A stretch of 64,000 bases of DNA from Candidatus Spongiisociaceae bacterium. GTDB taxonomy: Bacteria; Actinomycetota; Acidimicrobiia; Spongiisociales; Spongiisociaceae. Below the pieces are notes generated by a model. It searched no databases. It worked only from the letters and a program-made list of their open reading frames with translations, and was not told the DNA's origin. The DNA is taken from the NCBI GenBank assembly GCA_965219685.1, contig CBDCOH010000002.1, positions 640,001 through 704,000 on the forward strand. Reading direction: 5' to 3'. This document shows, piece after piece, positions 51,083 to 59,981 of the stretch (within the stretch, counting starts at the first letter, position 1; each line of letters starts with the position of its first letter). Position numbers and translations under genes: made by a program.

Positions 51083-51418
51083 ATGCCTTTGAACGAGCGG
51101 GAGCAGCAGATACTCGAGGAGATCGAGCGGCAGTTCCGTGATGATCCCGAGTTCGTGCGCAAGGCATCGTCCCTTTCTGATCTCGACCATGGGAACCCTC
51201 GACTTCCGGCGGCCGGAGTTGCCTTGGGGCTGGTACTGCTCGGCACGTTCTGGCTCGACAGGGTGGGGACCTGGTTGGCCTTGGGCGGGTTCGGTCTGCT
51301 GGTCCTGTCGATCAGCGCGCTGGTCCAGAAGAGACGCGGCTCGGGCAGCGGCTCGGACACCTACTCGCGGGATTTCTTGTCGAGCGCGAAGAACTCCCGC
51401 TGGCCGTTCCGACGCTGA
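51083..51418 (+). CDS. DUF3040 domain membrane protein
   Basis: MPLNEREQQILEEIERQFRDDPEF then 2 TM helices; usual dinB neighbour in actinobacteria. Confidence 0.85.
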   Translation: MPLNEREQQILEEIERQFRDDPEFVRKASSLSDLDHGNPRLPAAGVALGLVLLGTFWLDRVGTWLALGGFGLLVLSISALVQKRRGSGSGSDTYSRDFLSSAKNSRWPFRR

Positions 51419-51577
51419 CGGACCATCCCCACTACAGTAAATCGGTCTGAGGCGGAGGGGTTGATGAGACTGTCGAACTGCTTCGCGCCGGGCGTTGCAA
51501 CTGCCCACTGAGGGTTGCAGATGAGGGAAATGAATCCGGTTCGGGGTGTGCGCTCGTACTCCCCTGGTCCAAGGGAG

Positions 51578-52075
51578 ATGGTCTTGCAAGAGGGTTTCAC
51601 TGCCGAACAGGCGTCGAGGCTAACAGGGTGTACGTCGTCCCAACTCCGCTATTGGGACTCCGTCCGGCTGGTCCAGCCGTCGATCCAGAAGACCGGAGGG
51701 CGCCCCGGCGTCCGGAGGGTTTACTCATTCCGGGATCTGGTGCAGTTAAGAGCGGTGAGGAGTCTCAAGGACAATGGAATGTCCCTCCAGCGAATCAGGC
51801 GGGCCTGGGGTTACCTGAGCCGCAACGGTGTCGATCCCCGTACTGTGAGGCTGGTCACAGATGGCGTGTCGATTTTCCAGATCGCCCAGGAAGACGATGA
51901 GATAATCGACATTCTTCGCGAGGGCCAGTTGGCGTTCTTCGTTGCACTCGACGAGATCGCCCGGAATGTCGAGGAGGACCTGACCCTCTTCGAGTTGGAC
52001 CGCGACAAGTTTCTCTCGGTCCTCCAGAGCACCCAGGAGGAGGTGTCCCGCCGGATCGAGGCCGCCTCCGGCTAA
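51578..52075 (+). CDS. MerR family transcriptional regulator
   Basis: QLRYWD, PSIQ...RRVYSFRDL, GMSLQRIR; GGGAG RBS before ATG 51578. Confidence 0.9.
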   Translation: MVLQEGFTAEQASRLTGCTSSQLRYWDSVRLVQPSIQKTGGRPGVRRVYSFRDLVQLRAVRSLKDNGMSLQRIRRAWGYLSRNGVDPRTVRLVTDGVSIFQIAQEDDEIIDILREGQLAFFVALDEIARNVEEDLTLFELDRDKFLSVLQSTQEEVSRRIEAASG

Positions 52076-52127
52076 CGGATTCAGCGGCGATCGGTCCGTG
52101 GGCGTAGACGGGGCTTGATGGACAGCT

Positions 52128-52370
52128 TTGGGTAAGGTGTTCCTGCAGGTGGTCCTGCGTCACCCTGTTCTTGCAGCCGAGGCGTTGCGCCTGGCCCTCG
52201 CTACGGCCGAGCCCGGATGGCTGCTCAAACCTCCGTTTCTGCCCCGCCCGGAGCCGACCTACCGGGACTGGCGCCTCGCAACCGCCTACGGCCGAGCCGA
52301 TGTCCAACCGTCAACGGCGGAAGTGGTGGAGTACCTGCAATGGCGCCGTTCCATGCGCCAGGCACGCTAA
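52128..52370 (+). CDS. Hypothetical protein
   Basis: Fills the gap after MerR; PPFLPRP...WRLATAYG...VVEYLQW looks protein-like; start uncertain. Confidence 0.65.
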   Translation: MGKVFLQVVLRHPVLAAEALRLALATAEPGWLLKPPFLPRPEPTYRDWRLATAYGRADVQPSTAEVVEYLQWRRSMRQAR

Positions 52371-52384
52371 CCACCGATCACCAA

Positions 52385-52960
52385 TCACCAACCGGGTTCG
52401 TTACCCGGCTTCCACTTGATCGAGCATCCCATCGATGGGTACTGGGCGACGGTGACAGGACTGTCCGCCAGCACCGCGTCCAGCGCGGATCGCAAGTCTT
52501 CGCCGGTTACGGGCATACCGGAGTTGGGCCTGGAGCCGTCGAATCTCCCCCGATACGCGAGCTCGCGGTCCGGACCGAACAGGAAGAAGTCCGGCGTGCA
52601 GGCGGCGGTGTAGGCCTTGGCGACTTCCTGGGTCTCGTCGAAGAGGACGGGGAAACTGTATCCCCGTTCACGCGCCACGGCGCCCAAACGTTCGGGTCCG
52701 TCGTCGGGATAGGTCACGGCATCGTTGGCGCTGATTCCCACGATGGCCACATCGGCGCCCGCGTAGTCGTTCCCGAAGTCGACCAAGCCCTGCTGGATGT
52801 GGACAACGTACGGACAATGGTTGCACAGGAAGATGACCACCAAGGCCTTGCTCTGCTCGAGGTCGCCCAATGCCACCGGGTTGCCGCTAACCGTATCGGT
52901 CAGGTTGAAGTCAGGGGCGGTGGTCCCCAGTGCCAGCATCGTGGACTTCTCAACGGCCAT
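52385..52960 (-). CDS. Thioredoxin-fold AhpC/TSA family protein
   Basis: APDFNL, CNHCPY, ACTPDFF, SMGCSIKW. Confidence 0.92.
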   Translation of the reverse strand: MAVEKSTMLALGTTAPDFNLTDTVSGNPVALGDLEQSKALVVIFLCNHCPYVVHIQQGLVDFGNDYAGADVAIVGISANDAVTYPDDGPERLGAVARERGYSFPVLFDETQEVAKAYTAACTPDFFLFGPDRELAYRGRFDGSRPNSGMPVTGEDLRSALDAVLADSPVTVAQYPSMGCSIKWKPGNEPGW

Positions 52961-52998
52961 TCTCGGAACTCCGGGTAGACGAATCGATCAGGAAGGAA

Positions 52999-53112
52999 GA
53001 GTAGTCAGTGGTCAGCGGTCTCAGTCACCAGTTCACCGATCACCATTCACCATTCACCATTCACCATTCACCATTCACCATTCACCATTCACCATTCACC
53101 ATTCACCACTCA
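52999..53112. repeat. Heptamer arms: degenerate agtggtc-type left, (CACCATT)9 CACCACT right
   Basis: Perfect (CACCATT)9 at 53041-53103; abuts the HNH stop codon. Confidence 0.92.
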
Positions 53113-53616
53113 AGCTGGTTCGGCTAGGAGATAGGGAACCCACCGGGGGTCGCGTGATTTCCCCAAGGCCGCGTACAGCCAACCCTGGTAGGTGGGGGTC
53201 ACAGGCATCCTGGTGAGCTTCAGGCCGGCCTGGTGGGGAAGGCGGTTGCCCTTGCGAATGTTGCACCGGCGGCAGCATGCCACCACGTTCTCCCAGGTAT
53301 GGGGTCCTCCGTGGGCCTTTGGTACTACATGGTCGAGGCTCTCGGCAGGTGCACGACAGTACTGGCACCGGTGGCTATCCCGAGCGAACACGGCCGTCCG
53401 GGTCAGGGGGACCCGACGGTGGTACGGGACCTTGACGTAGTCGCGCAGGCGCACTACCGAAGGGACCTCGAAGGTGCGTTCAGCGCTGTGCCAGAGGCTG
53501 TCGGTCACCGCCAGGGTGTCGGCCTTTGAACGTAGGACGAGGACGACGGCCCGGCGGGCGCTTACGATCGACAGGGGCTCGTATGTTGCGTTGAGGACCA
53601 AAGTTCGATGAGCCAA
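53110..53616 (-). CDS. HNH endonuclease family protein
   Basis: LVLNATYEPL, RDSHRCQYC, DHVVPKAHGG, WENVVACCRRCNIRKG; start set at TTG 53616 after GGAGAGG. Confidence 0.9.
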   Translation of the reverse strand: MAHRTLVLNATYEPLSIVSARRAVVLVLRSKADTLAVTDSLWHSAERTFEVPSVVRLRDYVKVPYHRRVPLTRTAVFARDSHRCQYCRAPAESLDHVVPKAHGGPHTWENVVACCRRCNIRKGNRLPHQAGLKLTRMPVTPTYQGWLYAALGKSRDPRWVPYLLAEPA

Positions 53617-53671
53617 CGCCCTCTCCGTATCCGTCGGTGGCACAACGATACCAAGCCCGGTTGCCGGTCCC

Positions 53672-53828
53672 GTAGTTGGTGGCTGGTTGATGGTTGATGG
53701 TGGTTGGTGACTGGTGGATGCCAAACAACTGTCATTGGCACCTGATCCGGGATGGGCCAGTGACCATCTAGCTCAAGGAGACTGACGACCGTGCGGTCCT
53801 GTCAGCCTTTCAACCACCAACCACCCCT
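53672..53828. repeat. Degenerate heptamer arms (GGTTGAT/GGTGRYT-type left, CAACCAC right)
   Basis: ggtggct ggttgat ggttgat ggtggtt ggtgact ggtggat ... caaccac caaccac. Confidence 0.8.
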
Positions 53829-54267
53829 ATGCGCAGGCGGTGCATCGTCCTGCTATCTCAAGCGAGTGGCCGGTGGCGACGAAGTCCCGGAATCGGGTTG
53901 CTGCGGATACCACGTCGTTCAGGACAGCTTCCGAGTGCTCGGGCAATTCTATGTCATCGATAGCGCCGCACCTATCGCATACGAGGTGGTGGTGGTGGCC
54001 CATCAGCCACTCAGCCAACTCGTAGCGAATGATGCCACCGGTTCCATGATGCGGGGAAAGGACGCCTGCCCGGGTCAGTACGGACAGGGAACGGTACAGC
54101 GACGACAGCGGGACATCCTCGTCAAGGTCCTTGTGCAGCTCCGAGGCGGATCTGGGTCCTTCCGCTCTGGCAAGGGCCCGGATCACCTGTCGCCGGCCCC
54201 TGGTGTACCGGATCTCCTGCGCTGCCAGGCGCGACACGGCCTGTTGCTCGATCTGTGCGCTGACCAT
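53827..54267 (-). CDS. Fur family transcriptional regulator (possibly Zur-like)
   Basis: RYTRGRRQV, SSLYRSL, HHHHLVCDRCG, GRCTAC. Confidence 0.92.
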   Translation of the reverse strand: MVSAQIEQQAVSRLAAQEIRYTRGRRQVIRALARAEGPRSASELHKDLDEDVPLSSLYRSLSVLTRAGVLSPHHGTGGIIRYELAEWLMGHHHHLVCDRCGAIDDIELPEHSEAVLNDVVSAATRFRDFVATGHSLEIAGRCTACA

Positions 54268-54500
54268 GTTCTCCCCTGCCTATACCATTGTGCCAGTCAC
54301 CTGGGCACTCCGAGATGGGTGACGGCGTACCAACCGGCTGCCTTCATCCTAGCCGTTGCATAGCGAATCCTTACGTACGACGGTTGTCGGTGGCCCGGTC
54401 GTACCTACCTGAGCCTGATACCTGCCGGGCGTCCCGTTCCCGCCGAAGATTGTGTTTGCGGGGCGAATCGGTGCCGCTCCCGACGCCATTCTAGTGCTAG

Positions 54501-54540
54501 AGTGGCAGATAGTGGATCGAAGTGGGATAAAATGGGTCGA
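54501..54540 (+). promoter_or_regulatory. MraZ-binding direct repeats
   Basis: agtggcagat agtggatcga agtgggataa aatgggtcga: GTGG with 10-nt period upstream of mraZ. Confidence 0.8.
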
Positions 54541-54596
54541 AAGGCTAAGCTAGTGCAACAGCATCCGATCCGGTTCGTAGCAAGGAACGAGAAGTC

Positions 54597-55028
54597 GTGC
54601 TCCTCGGTCAGTACCAACATACGGTGGACAAGAAAGGGAGGATGGTTCTCCCTGCCCGCTACCGCCACAAGCTGGCGAGTGGTTGTGTCATCACCAAGGG
54701 TCAGGAACGGTGTCTCTACGTGTTCCCTCTCGACCGATGGGAGCAGGAGGTGGAGAAGTACCGCATGTTGCCCCGTACCGACGCTCGAGCGCGCCGCCTT
54801 ACGAGGGCGTTTTTCGCAGGTGCCGTCCACCAGGAACTGGACGCCGCAGGTCGAGTCCAACTTCCCCTACGGCTTCGTGAGTACGCAGGCCTCGAGAGGG
54901 AGGTGACGGTGATCGGTGTGGAGGAGCGAGCCGAGATCTGGGACTCGGGTGCGTGGAACGAATACGACGAGGAGGCAGACAACTATTACTCGAACATCGA
55001 GGAGGCGCTCTCGGATTTCGGCATCTAG
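54597..55028 (+). CDS. mraZ: Transcriptional regulator MraZ
   Basis: HTVDKKGRMVLP, ELDAAGRVQLP, AEIWD. Confidence 0.96.
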   Translation: MLLGQYQHTVDKKGRMVLPARYRHKLASGCVITKGQERCLYVFPLDRWEQEVEKYRMLPRTDARARRLTRAFFAGAVHQELDAAGRVQLPLRLREYAGLEREVTVIGVEERAEIWDSGAWNEYDEEADNYYSNIEEALSDFGI

Positions 55029-55144
55029 CACAACTCGCCCCGGACCAGAATCGATGACCTGCTCATCGCCAGCCCTCCGGCCGCCAATGGACTGCCCCTA
55101 CTCCGCCCGCAATCTAGTTGGTAACAATGATCGGGGGGCTGGCA

Positions 55145-56083
55145 ATGAGCACGGTATCGGATGCTGAACAGGCCTCTGATCGGCCGACCTACCACCGACC
55201 GGTGATGTTGGAGGAAGTGGTGGACTTTTTCAGACCGATCATGGAGGGAGTGTTGGTCGACGCTACATATGGGGGCGGCGGCCACACTGGGGCCTTGCTG
55301 GAAGAGCTCGGGAACGGGGTCCGTGTGCTGGGGATCGACAGAGACCCGGAGGCGATCGCGCAGGCAAAGGGTCACAGCCGGCTCCGGTTGGTCATGGGCA
55401 ACTTCGCCGACCTGGACACAATCCTCGCGAACCAGGGGATCGCGGAGATCGCGGGCGTGCTGTTCGACCTGGGCATGTCCGGTCGCCAGGTGGAAAGTGC
55501 GCGCCGGGGATTCTCGTTCCGCCACGACGGACCCTTGGACATGCGGATGGGCCCCGATGCACGCATCTCAGCCGACGACCTGCTCAATCGGACGCCGGTC
55601 ATGGAACTGGCAAGTCTCATCCGCAGCCTGGGAGAGGAACGGTTCGCCAAACGCGTCGCCCGCGCGGTCGTGGCAGCCCGCCCCATCCGGAGCACACGGC
55701 ACCTGGCCGCGGTGGTGAAGAGCGCAATCCCTGCTGCTAGCCGGCGAACGGGTGGGCATCCTGCGAGGCGGACATTTCAAGCGGTGCGAATGGCGGTCAA
55801 CGACGAGATGGGGGCCTTGGCGGCGGGTCTTGACCATGCCATCGGCGCGCTCCGTCCCGGTGGCCGATGCGTCGCGATCTCCTATCACTCCCTCGAGGAC
55901 CGGATAGTCAAGCATCGTTTCAGGAAGGGGGAGGGCCGGGCGCCGGGTCCCACACTTCCTGTTCCACCACCTGTCGAACTCGACGTGCTGACGCGCCGAC
56001 CAGTTCGCCCGCGTTCGGAAGAGATTGCCGCGAACCCGAGGGCCCGCAGTTCACGCCTCAGAGCGGCCGAGAAGGCAGCATGA
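55145..56083 (+). CDS. rsmH: 16S rRNA m4C1402 methyltransferase
   Basis: HRPVML, DATYGGGGH, GPLDMRM, SYHSLEDR, NPRARS. Confidence 0.96.
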   Translation: MSTVSDAEQASDRPTYHRPVMLEEVVDFFRPIMEGVLVDATYGGGGHTGALLEELGNGVRVLGIDRDPEAIAQAKGHSRLRLVMGNFADLDTILANQGIAEIAGVLFDLGMSGRQVESARRGFSFRHDGPLDMRMGPDARISADDLLNRTPVMELASLIRSLGEERFAKRVARAVVAARPIRSTRHLAAVVKSAIPAASRRTGGHPARRTFQAVRMAVNDEMGALAAGLDHAIGALRPGGRCVAISYHSLEDRIVKHRFRKGEGRAPGPTLPVPPPVELDVLTRRPVRPRSEEIAANPRARSSRLRAAEKAA

Positions 56084-56538
56084 CGGTCCGTCCTCTTCGT
56101 TCTCCTCAAGGTCGTGCCGCGCCCCTTCGGGTCATCAGCGGCGGTGAGCGTCGGCGGCCCCGGCGCGCCTTCCTGTGGGCCTTGTACACAATCGGCGCGG
56201 TGGCTTCGTTCCTGGCGCTCATCTACCTGCGTACCGCCGTCGACGAGGCCGCCTACGAGATCCGCCGCCTGGAGAACCAGATCCGGCTCGAGGAGGGACG
56301 ACAGAACCAACTCCACTTGGAGAAGATTCGGCTCGAATCCCCGAGCGAGATCGTTCCGATCGCGGAGCACCTGCTGGGGATGGTGCTCCCCGACGAGGTC
56401 ATTCCGATTTCAGTGGCTGGTGTGCACGACGAGGGTTCCCGTTCGGTCGGGTCGCCCGGGGTTGTAGTTACGGATAAGCAAGGCGAGCGAGCGTCGGAGA
56501 CCGCGGACGGCTCACCCGGTCCCGACTCGCTTCCCTGA
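56080..56538 (+). CDS. ftsL: Cell division protein FtsL-like
   Basis: TM helix plus coiled coil and LESPSEI...AEHLLGM, between rsmH and the PBP gene; ATGA overlap. Confidence 0.75.
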   Translation: MTVRPLRSPQGRAAPLRVISGGERRRPRRAFLWALYTIGAVASFLALIYLRTAVDEAAYEIRRLENQIRLEEGRQNQLHLEKIRLESPSEIVPIAEHLLGMVLPDEVIPISVAGVHDEGSRSVGSPGVVVTDKQGERASETADGSPGPDSLP

Positions 56539-56736
56539 GGTAACGGACTGTGAAGGGAAACGGGTTGGACATTGCTGGTTGGGGCCACTCGATGGGCCTT
56601 GTCCTCTGGTCGGTCGGCCGGTCCCCCGTGTTCGTCTCGATAGATGCCGGGAACTCATGCGACCTCTCCCGGGTCCCGGTTCTCCGTCAACGAACCGGCC
56701 TCGGCTCGGTTGATCGGCAGGACATGGGATTGGATC

Positions 56737-58491
56737 GTGGGTAAGAGAGCACGCGTACGGGGGGGAAGGCGCTCCACCGACATCCGCCTGCTCACGATCG
56801 CTCTCCTGGTCGTAGGATCATGGGCGACCATCGGATACCGGCTGTACCAGGTTCAGGTTGTCGACGCGGCCGCGTACACCGCGGCCGCCGAGCGGCAGAG
56901 GGTCCGTGTCGAGGAGACGGCCGCTGCGCGAGGAACCATATTCGACCGGGAGGGTCGGGAACTGGCCGTGAGCATCGAGGCTCGCACTGTCTATGCGAAT
57001 CCTCGCCAGATCGTCGACCCGGGCGCCACTGCGCTGGCTCTGAGCAAGGTTCTCCCGCTCGATATCGACCGTCTGCGCGAGAAACTGCTGGCCGACGCCA
57101 CCTTCGTGTTCGTCGCCCGCCAGGTGGAGGCGGACGATGCCGCCAAGGTTGCAGCCTTGGAGTTGCCGGGCATCCATTTCCTCACAGAGCCGAAGCGCGT
57201 CTACCCGTCGGGGTCGCTGGCGGCCCACGCGGTCGGGTTCGTCAACATCGACTCCAAGGGCATCGAGGGACTCGAGGCACAGTACGACAACCTGCTGACC
57301 GGCACGCCGGGGCGCATTCTCGCTGAGCGGGCCGCGGGGGGACAGGTGATCCCCCACGGTCGCTTCGAGATCCAACCCGCCATCCCCGGTGCAGACCTGA
57401 TCATCTCGATCGACCGCGAGATCCAGTTCATGGCACATCGGGCCTGTGTCGACACCCTGGTCACCACACTCGCCGATCGATGTACGGTGGTCGCCCTGGA
57501 TCCGGAGACGTTCGAGATCATGGCGATGGTCGTCGTGCCGTCGTTCGATCCCGCCGATCGCTCGGATGCTGACATCTCCAGCGGTGTTCTGGCCAATACC
57601 GCGGTGCGATCCCTGTACGAGCCGGGTTCCACACAGAAGGCTGTGACCGTCTCGGCGGCTCTGGAGGAGGGAATCGTCGACTGGGACACCCAGTATCTGG
57701 TGCAAGACGAGATCGAAGTCGTGGACGGGGCCTGTGACGACAATGACGACGTGGAGTGGGGGTGCTTCACCGACTTCAGTCCACACCCCCCGGAAGTGCT
57801 GACCGTGCGAGACTGCGTGCGCCTCTCGTCCAACGTCTGCACGGTCAAGATAGGCCAGGATCTGGGAAAGAACCACCTCGTCGACTACCTGGACGCGTTC
57901 GGATACGGTGCACACACCGGTATCGACTTCCCCGGAGAGGCCAAGGGAACGGTCAACCTACCGCGAGGGTGTTCGACTTGTCCTGCCTCGGCCTCGATCG
58001 GCTACTCGCTGTCTGTTTCCCCGCTCCAGATGGCGTCCGTCTACGCGACCATCGCCAACGGGGGTGTCAGGTTGGAACCTCGGTTGGTCACGGGCATCGT
58101 AAACGGGGACGGTGTGACCAGGCCGCCACAGAATCCACCCCACCGGGTCCTTTCGGACAGCACATCCCGTCTGGTTCGGCTGATGCTCAAGTCCGTCGTG
58201 GACTCCGGGACGGGGACCAGGGCGGCGGTTCCCGGCTACACGGTCGGTGGTAAGACCGGAACCACTCGGAAGTTCGACTACTCGCTCGGGATCTATACGG
58301 ACAACTACGTGGCCAGCTTTGTGGGAATGGCGCCCATCGACGATCCCGAACTCGTGATCGCAGTAGTGGTGGATGCTCCGAGGGGCGGCGCGTCGATCTA
58401 CGATCGGACCGGTGGGGCGGTAGCGGCGCCGCTGTTCTCCAGAGTCATGGAGGGATCGCTCCATCAGATGGGAGTCAGTCCCGATGCCTGA
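56737..58491 (+). CDS. ftsI: Class B penicillin-binding protein FtsI
   Basis: RGTIFDR, EPGSTQK (SxxK), SSN, KTGT; start uncertain (56644 or 56737). Confidence 0.92.
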   Translation: MGKRARVRGGRRSTDIRLLTIALLVVGSWATIGYRLYQVQVVDAAAYTAAAERQRVRVEETAAARGTIFDREGRELAVSIEARTVYANPRQIVDPGATALALSKVLPLDIDRLREKLLADATFVFVARQVEADDAAKVAALELPGIHFLTEPKRVYPSGSLAAHAVGFVNIDSKGIEGLEAQYDNLLTGTPGRILAERAAGGQVIPHGRFEIQPAIPGADLIISIDREIQFMAHRACVDTLVTTLADRCTVVALDPETFEIMAMVVVPSFDPADRSDADISSGVLANTAVRSLYEPGSTQKAVTVSAALEEGIVDWDTQYLVQDEIEVVDGACDDNDDVEWGCFTDFSPHPPEVLTVRDCVRLSSNVCTVKIGQDLGKNHLVDYLDAFGYGAHTGIDFPGEAKGTVNLPRGCSTCPASASIGYSLSVSPLQMASVYATIANGGVRLEPRLVTGIVNGDGVTRPPQNPPHRVLSDSTSRLVRLMLKSVVDSGTGTRAAVPGYTVGGKTGTTRKFDYSLGIYTDNYVASFVGMAPIDDPELVIAVVVDAPRGGASIYDRTGGAVAAPLFSRVMEGSLHQMGVSPDA

Positions 58492-59944
58492 CCAGCGCGT
58501 CCGGCTGGCCACGCTTGCCCGTCGGGTCGGTGGAGAGATCCGAGGCGATGGCGCTGCAACCGTTAGCAGTATCACTCATGACAGCCGTCTGGCGACCGCA
58601 GGTTCCCTGTTTGTCGCAGTCCGAGGACTCGAGGCGGACGGCCATGCCTTTGTAAGGGATGCTACGAGACGTGGAGCAACAGCCCTCCTGGTGGAGGAAT
58701 TCGTCACCACCACTCTGCCGCAGATAAGGGTTGCGGACACCCGACGGGTGTTGGGTCCCGCAGCATCGCTGGTCTTCGGCGATCCAAGCCGGGAACTGGA
58801 TGTCATCGGCGTCACAGGCACCAACGGGAAGACCACCGTAACGGTGATGATCGAATCGATCGCCGCGGCAGCGGAGCGCCCCTTCGGCAGGCTGGGGACA
58901 CTCGGTACCAAGATCGTCGGCCGGCACGAGTCGATGGCTCTCACCACTCCTGACGCTTCGGAACTCCAAGGGCATTTCAGGACAATGGTGGACGAGGGTG
59001 TGTCCCTCGTCGCGATGGAGGTCTCGTCCCACGCCCTTGCCCTTCATCGGGTAGAGGGCACTTCGTTTGCCGTGGCGGCCTTCACCAACCTCTCCCAGGA
59101 TCATCTCGACTTCCATCGGGACATGGAGACGTACCTGGCAGCCAAGATGCGGCTTTTCGACGGCCGCGCTCCTGTGCATGTCGTCGATGTGAACGACGAT
59201 GCCGGACAACGAGTGGCTGGTTCTGCCGCGGGTCGCGTCGTCACGGTGGGCCTCGGCGACGGCTATGACGTTGCGGCCGTGGTCACGCGGACCACGCTGC
59301 GAGAGTCACGTTTCACGTGCCGGTTGGAGGGTCGGGATGTGAAGTTGAGGGTCAAACCCGGTGGACTCCACAACGTCCGCAACGCGGCGCTCGCGGTCGC
59401 CTGCGCCAGACAGGTGGGGATCGGGATCGAACCGATCGTCGAAGGCCTCTCCACGATCGAGCGGATTCCGGGCCGCCTCGATCCGATCGACGCGGGACAG
59501 CCATTCCGGGTGCTGGTCGATTACGCGCACACTCCGGAGGCGGTCGACTCGGTGGTGAGGGCCGCGCTCGACCGCTGTGGCGGGTCCACGATCGTCGTCG
59601 TGGGAGCGGCTGGGGAGCGCGACCCCGCAAAGCGCCCGCTTCTCGGTGCTGCGGCGGCCAATGCCCATGTCGCGGTGATCACTTCGGACAATCCCCGCTC
59701 TGAGGACCCTTCTGCTCTAGTCGATGCGGTGGTACAGGGGACATCGCAGGGCAGGGCGGAGGTGATAGCGGAGGTGGACCGGAGCAGGGCCATCCGGATC
59801 GCCGTGGAGCGGGCCGAGCCGGGCGACGCAGTCCTGATCCTCGGGAAGGGTCACGAGCGGAGCCAGGATCTGGGTGACGAGGTCGTACCGTTCGACGACC
59901 GGGCGGTAGCGGCTTTTCACCTGCAACAGCGATGGGCGCGGTAA
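58484..59944 (+). CDS. murE: UDP-MurNAc-dipeptide:diaminopimelate ligase
   Basis: GVTGTNGKTT, MEVSSH, DYAHT, DNPR (DAP-type), GKGHE. Confidence 0.95.
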   Translation: MPDQRVRLATLARRVGGEIRGDGAATVSSITHDSRLATAGSLFVAVRGLEADGHAFVRDATRRGATALLVEEFVTTTLPQIRVADTRRVLGPAASLVFGDPSRELDVIGVTGTNGKTTVTVMIESIAAAAERPFGRLGTLGTKIVGRHESMALTTPDASELQGHFRTMVDEGVSLVAMEVSSHALALHRVEGTSFAVAAFTNLSQDHLDFHRDMETYLAAKMRLFDGRAPVHVVDVNDDAGQRVAGSAAGRVVTVGLGDGYDVAAVVTRTTLRESRFTCRLEGRDVKLRVKPGGLHNVRNAALAVACARQVGIGIEPIVEGLSTIERIPGRLDPIDAGQPFRVLVDYAHTPEAVDSVVRAALDRCGGSTIVVVGAAGERDPAKRPLLGAAAANAHVAVITSDNPRSEDPSALVDAVVQGTSQGRAEVIAEVDRSRAIRIAVERAEPGDAVLILGKGHERSQDLGDEVVPFDDRAVAAFHLQQRWAR

Positions 59945-59981
59945 TCATGTCCTACGAACGCCTGGTGGAGAAACGGTTGCC

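Noticed and set aside
53110-53724. IscB/Cas9-like RNA-guided nuclease, or an N-terminally extended HNH
   Set aside because: Only about 168 aa with no RuvC motifs. The ORF-track extension (HQPPSTINQPP) is translated repeat sequence.
53725-53810. Riboswitch upstream of the HNH gene
   Set aside because: Two small hairpins are present but I recognise no conserved riboswitch motif; would need an Rfam scan.
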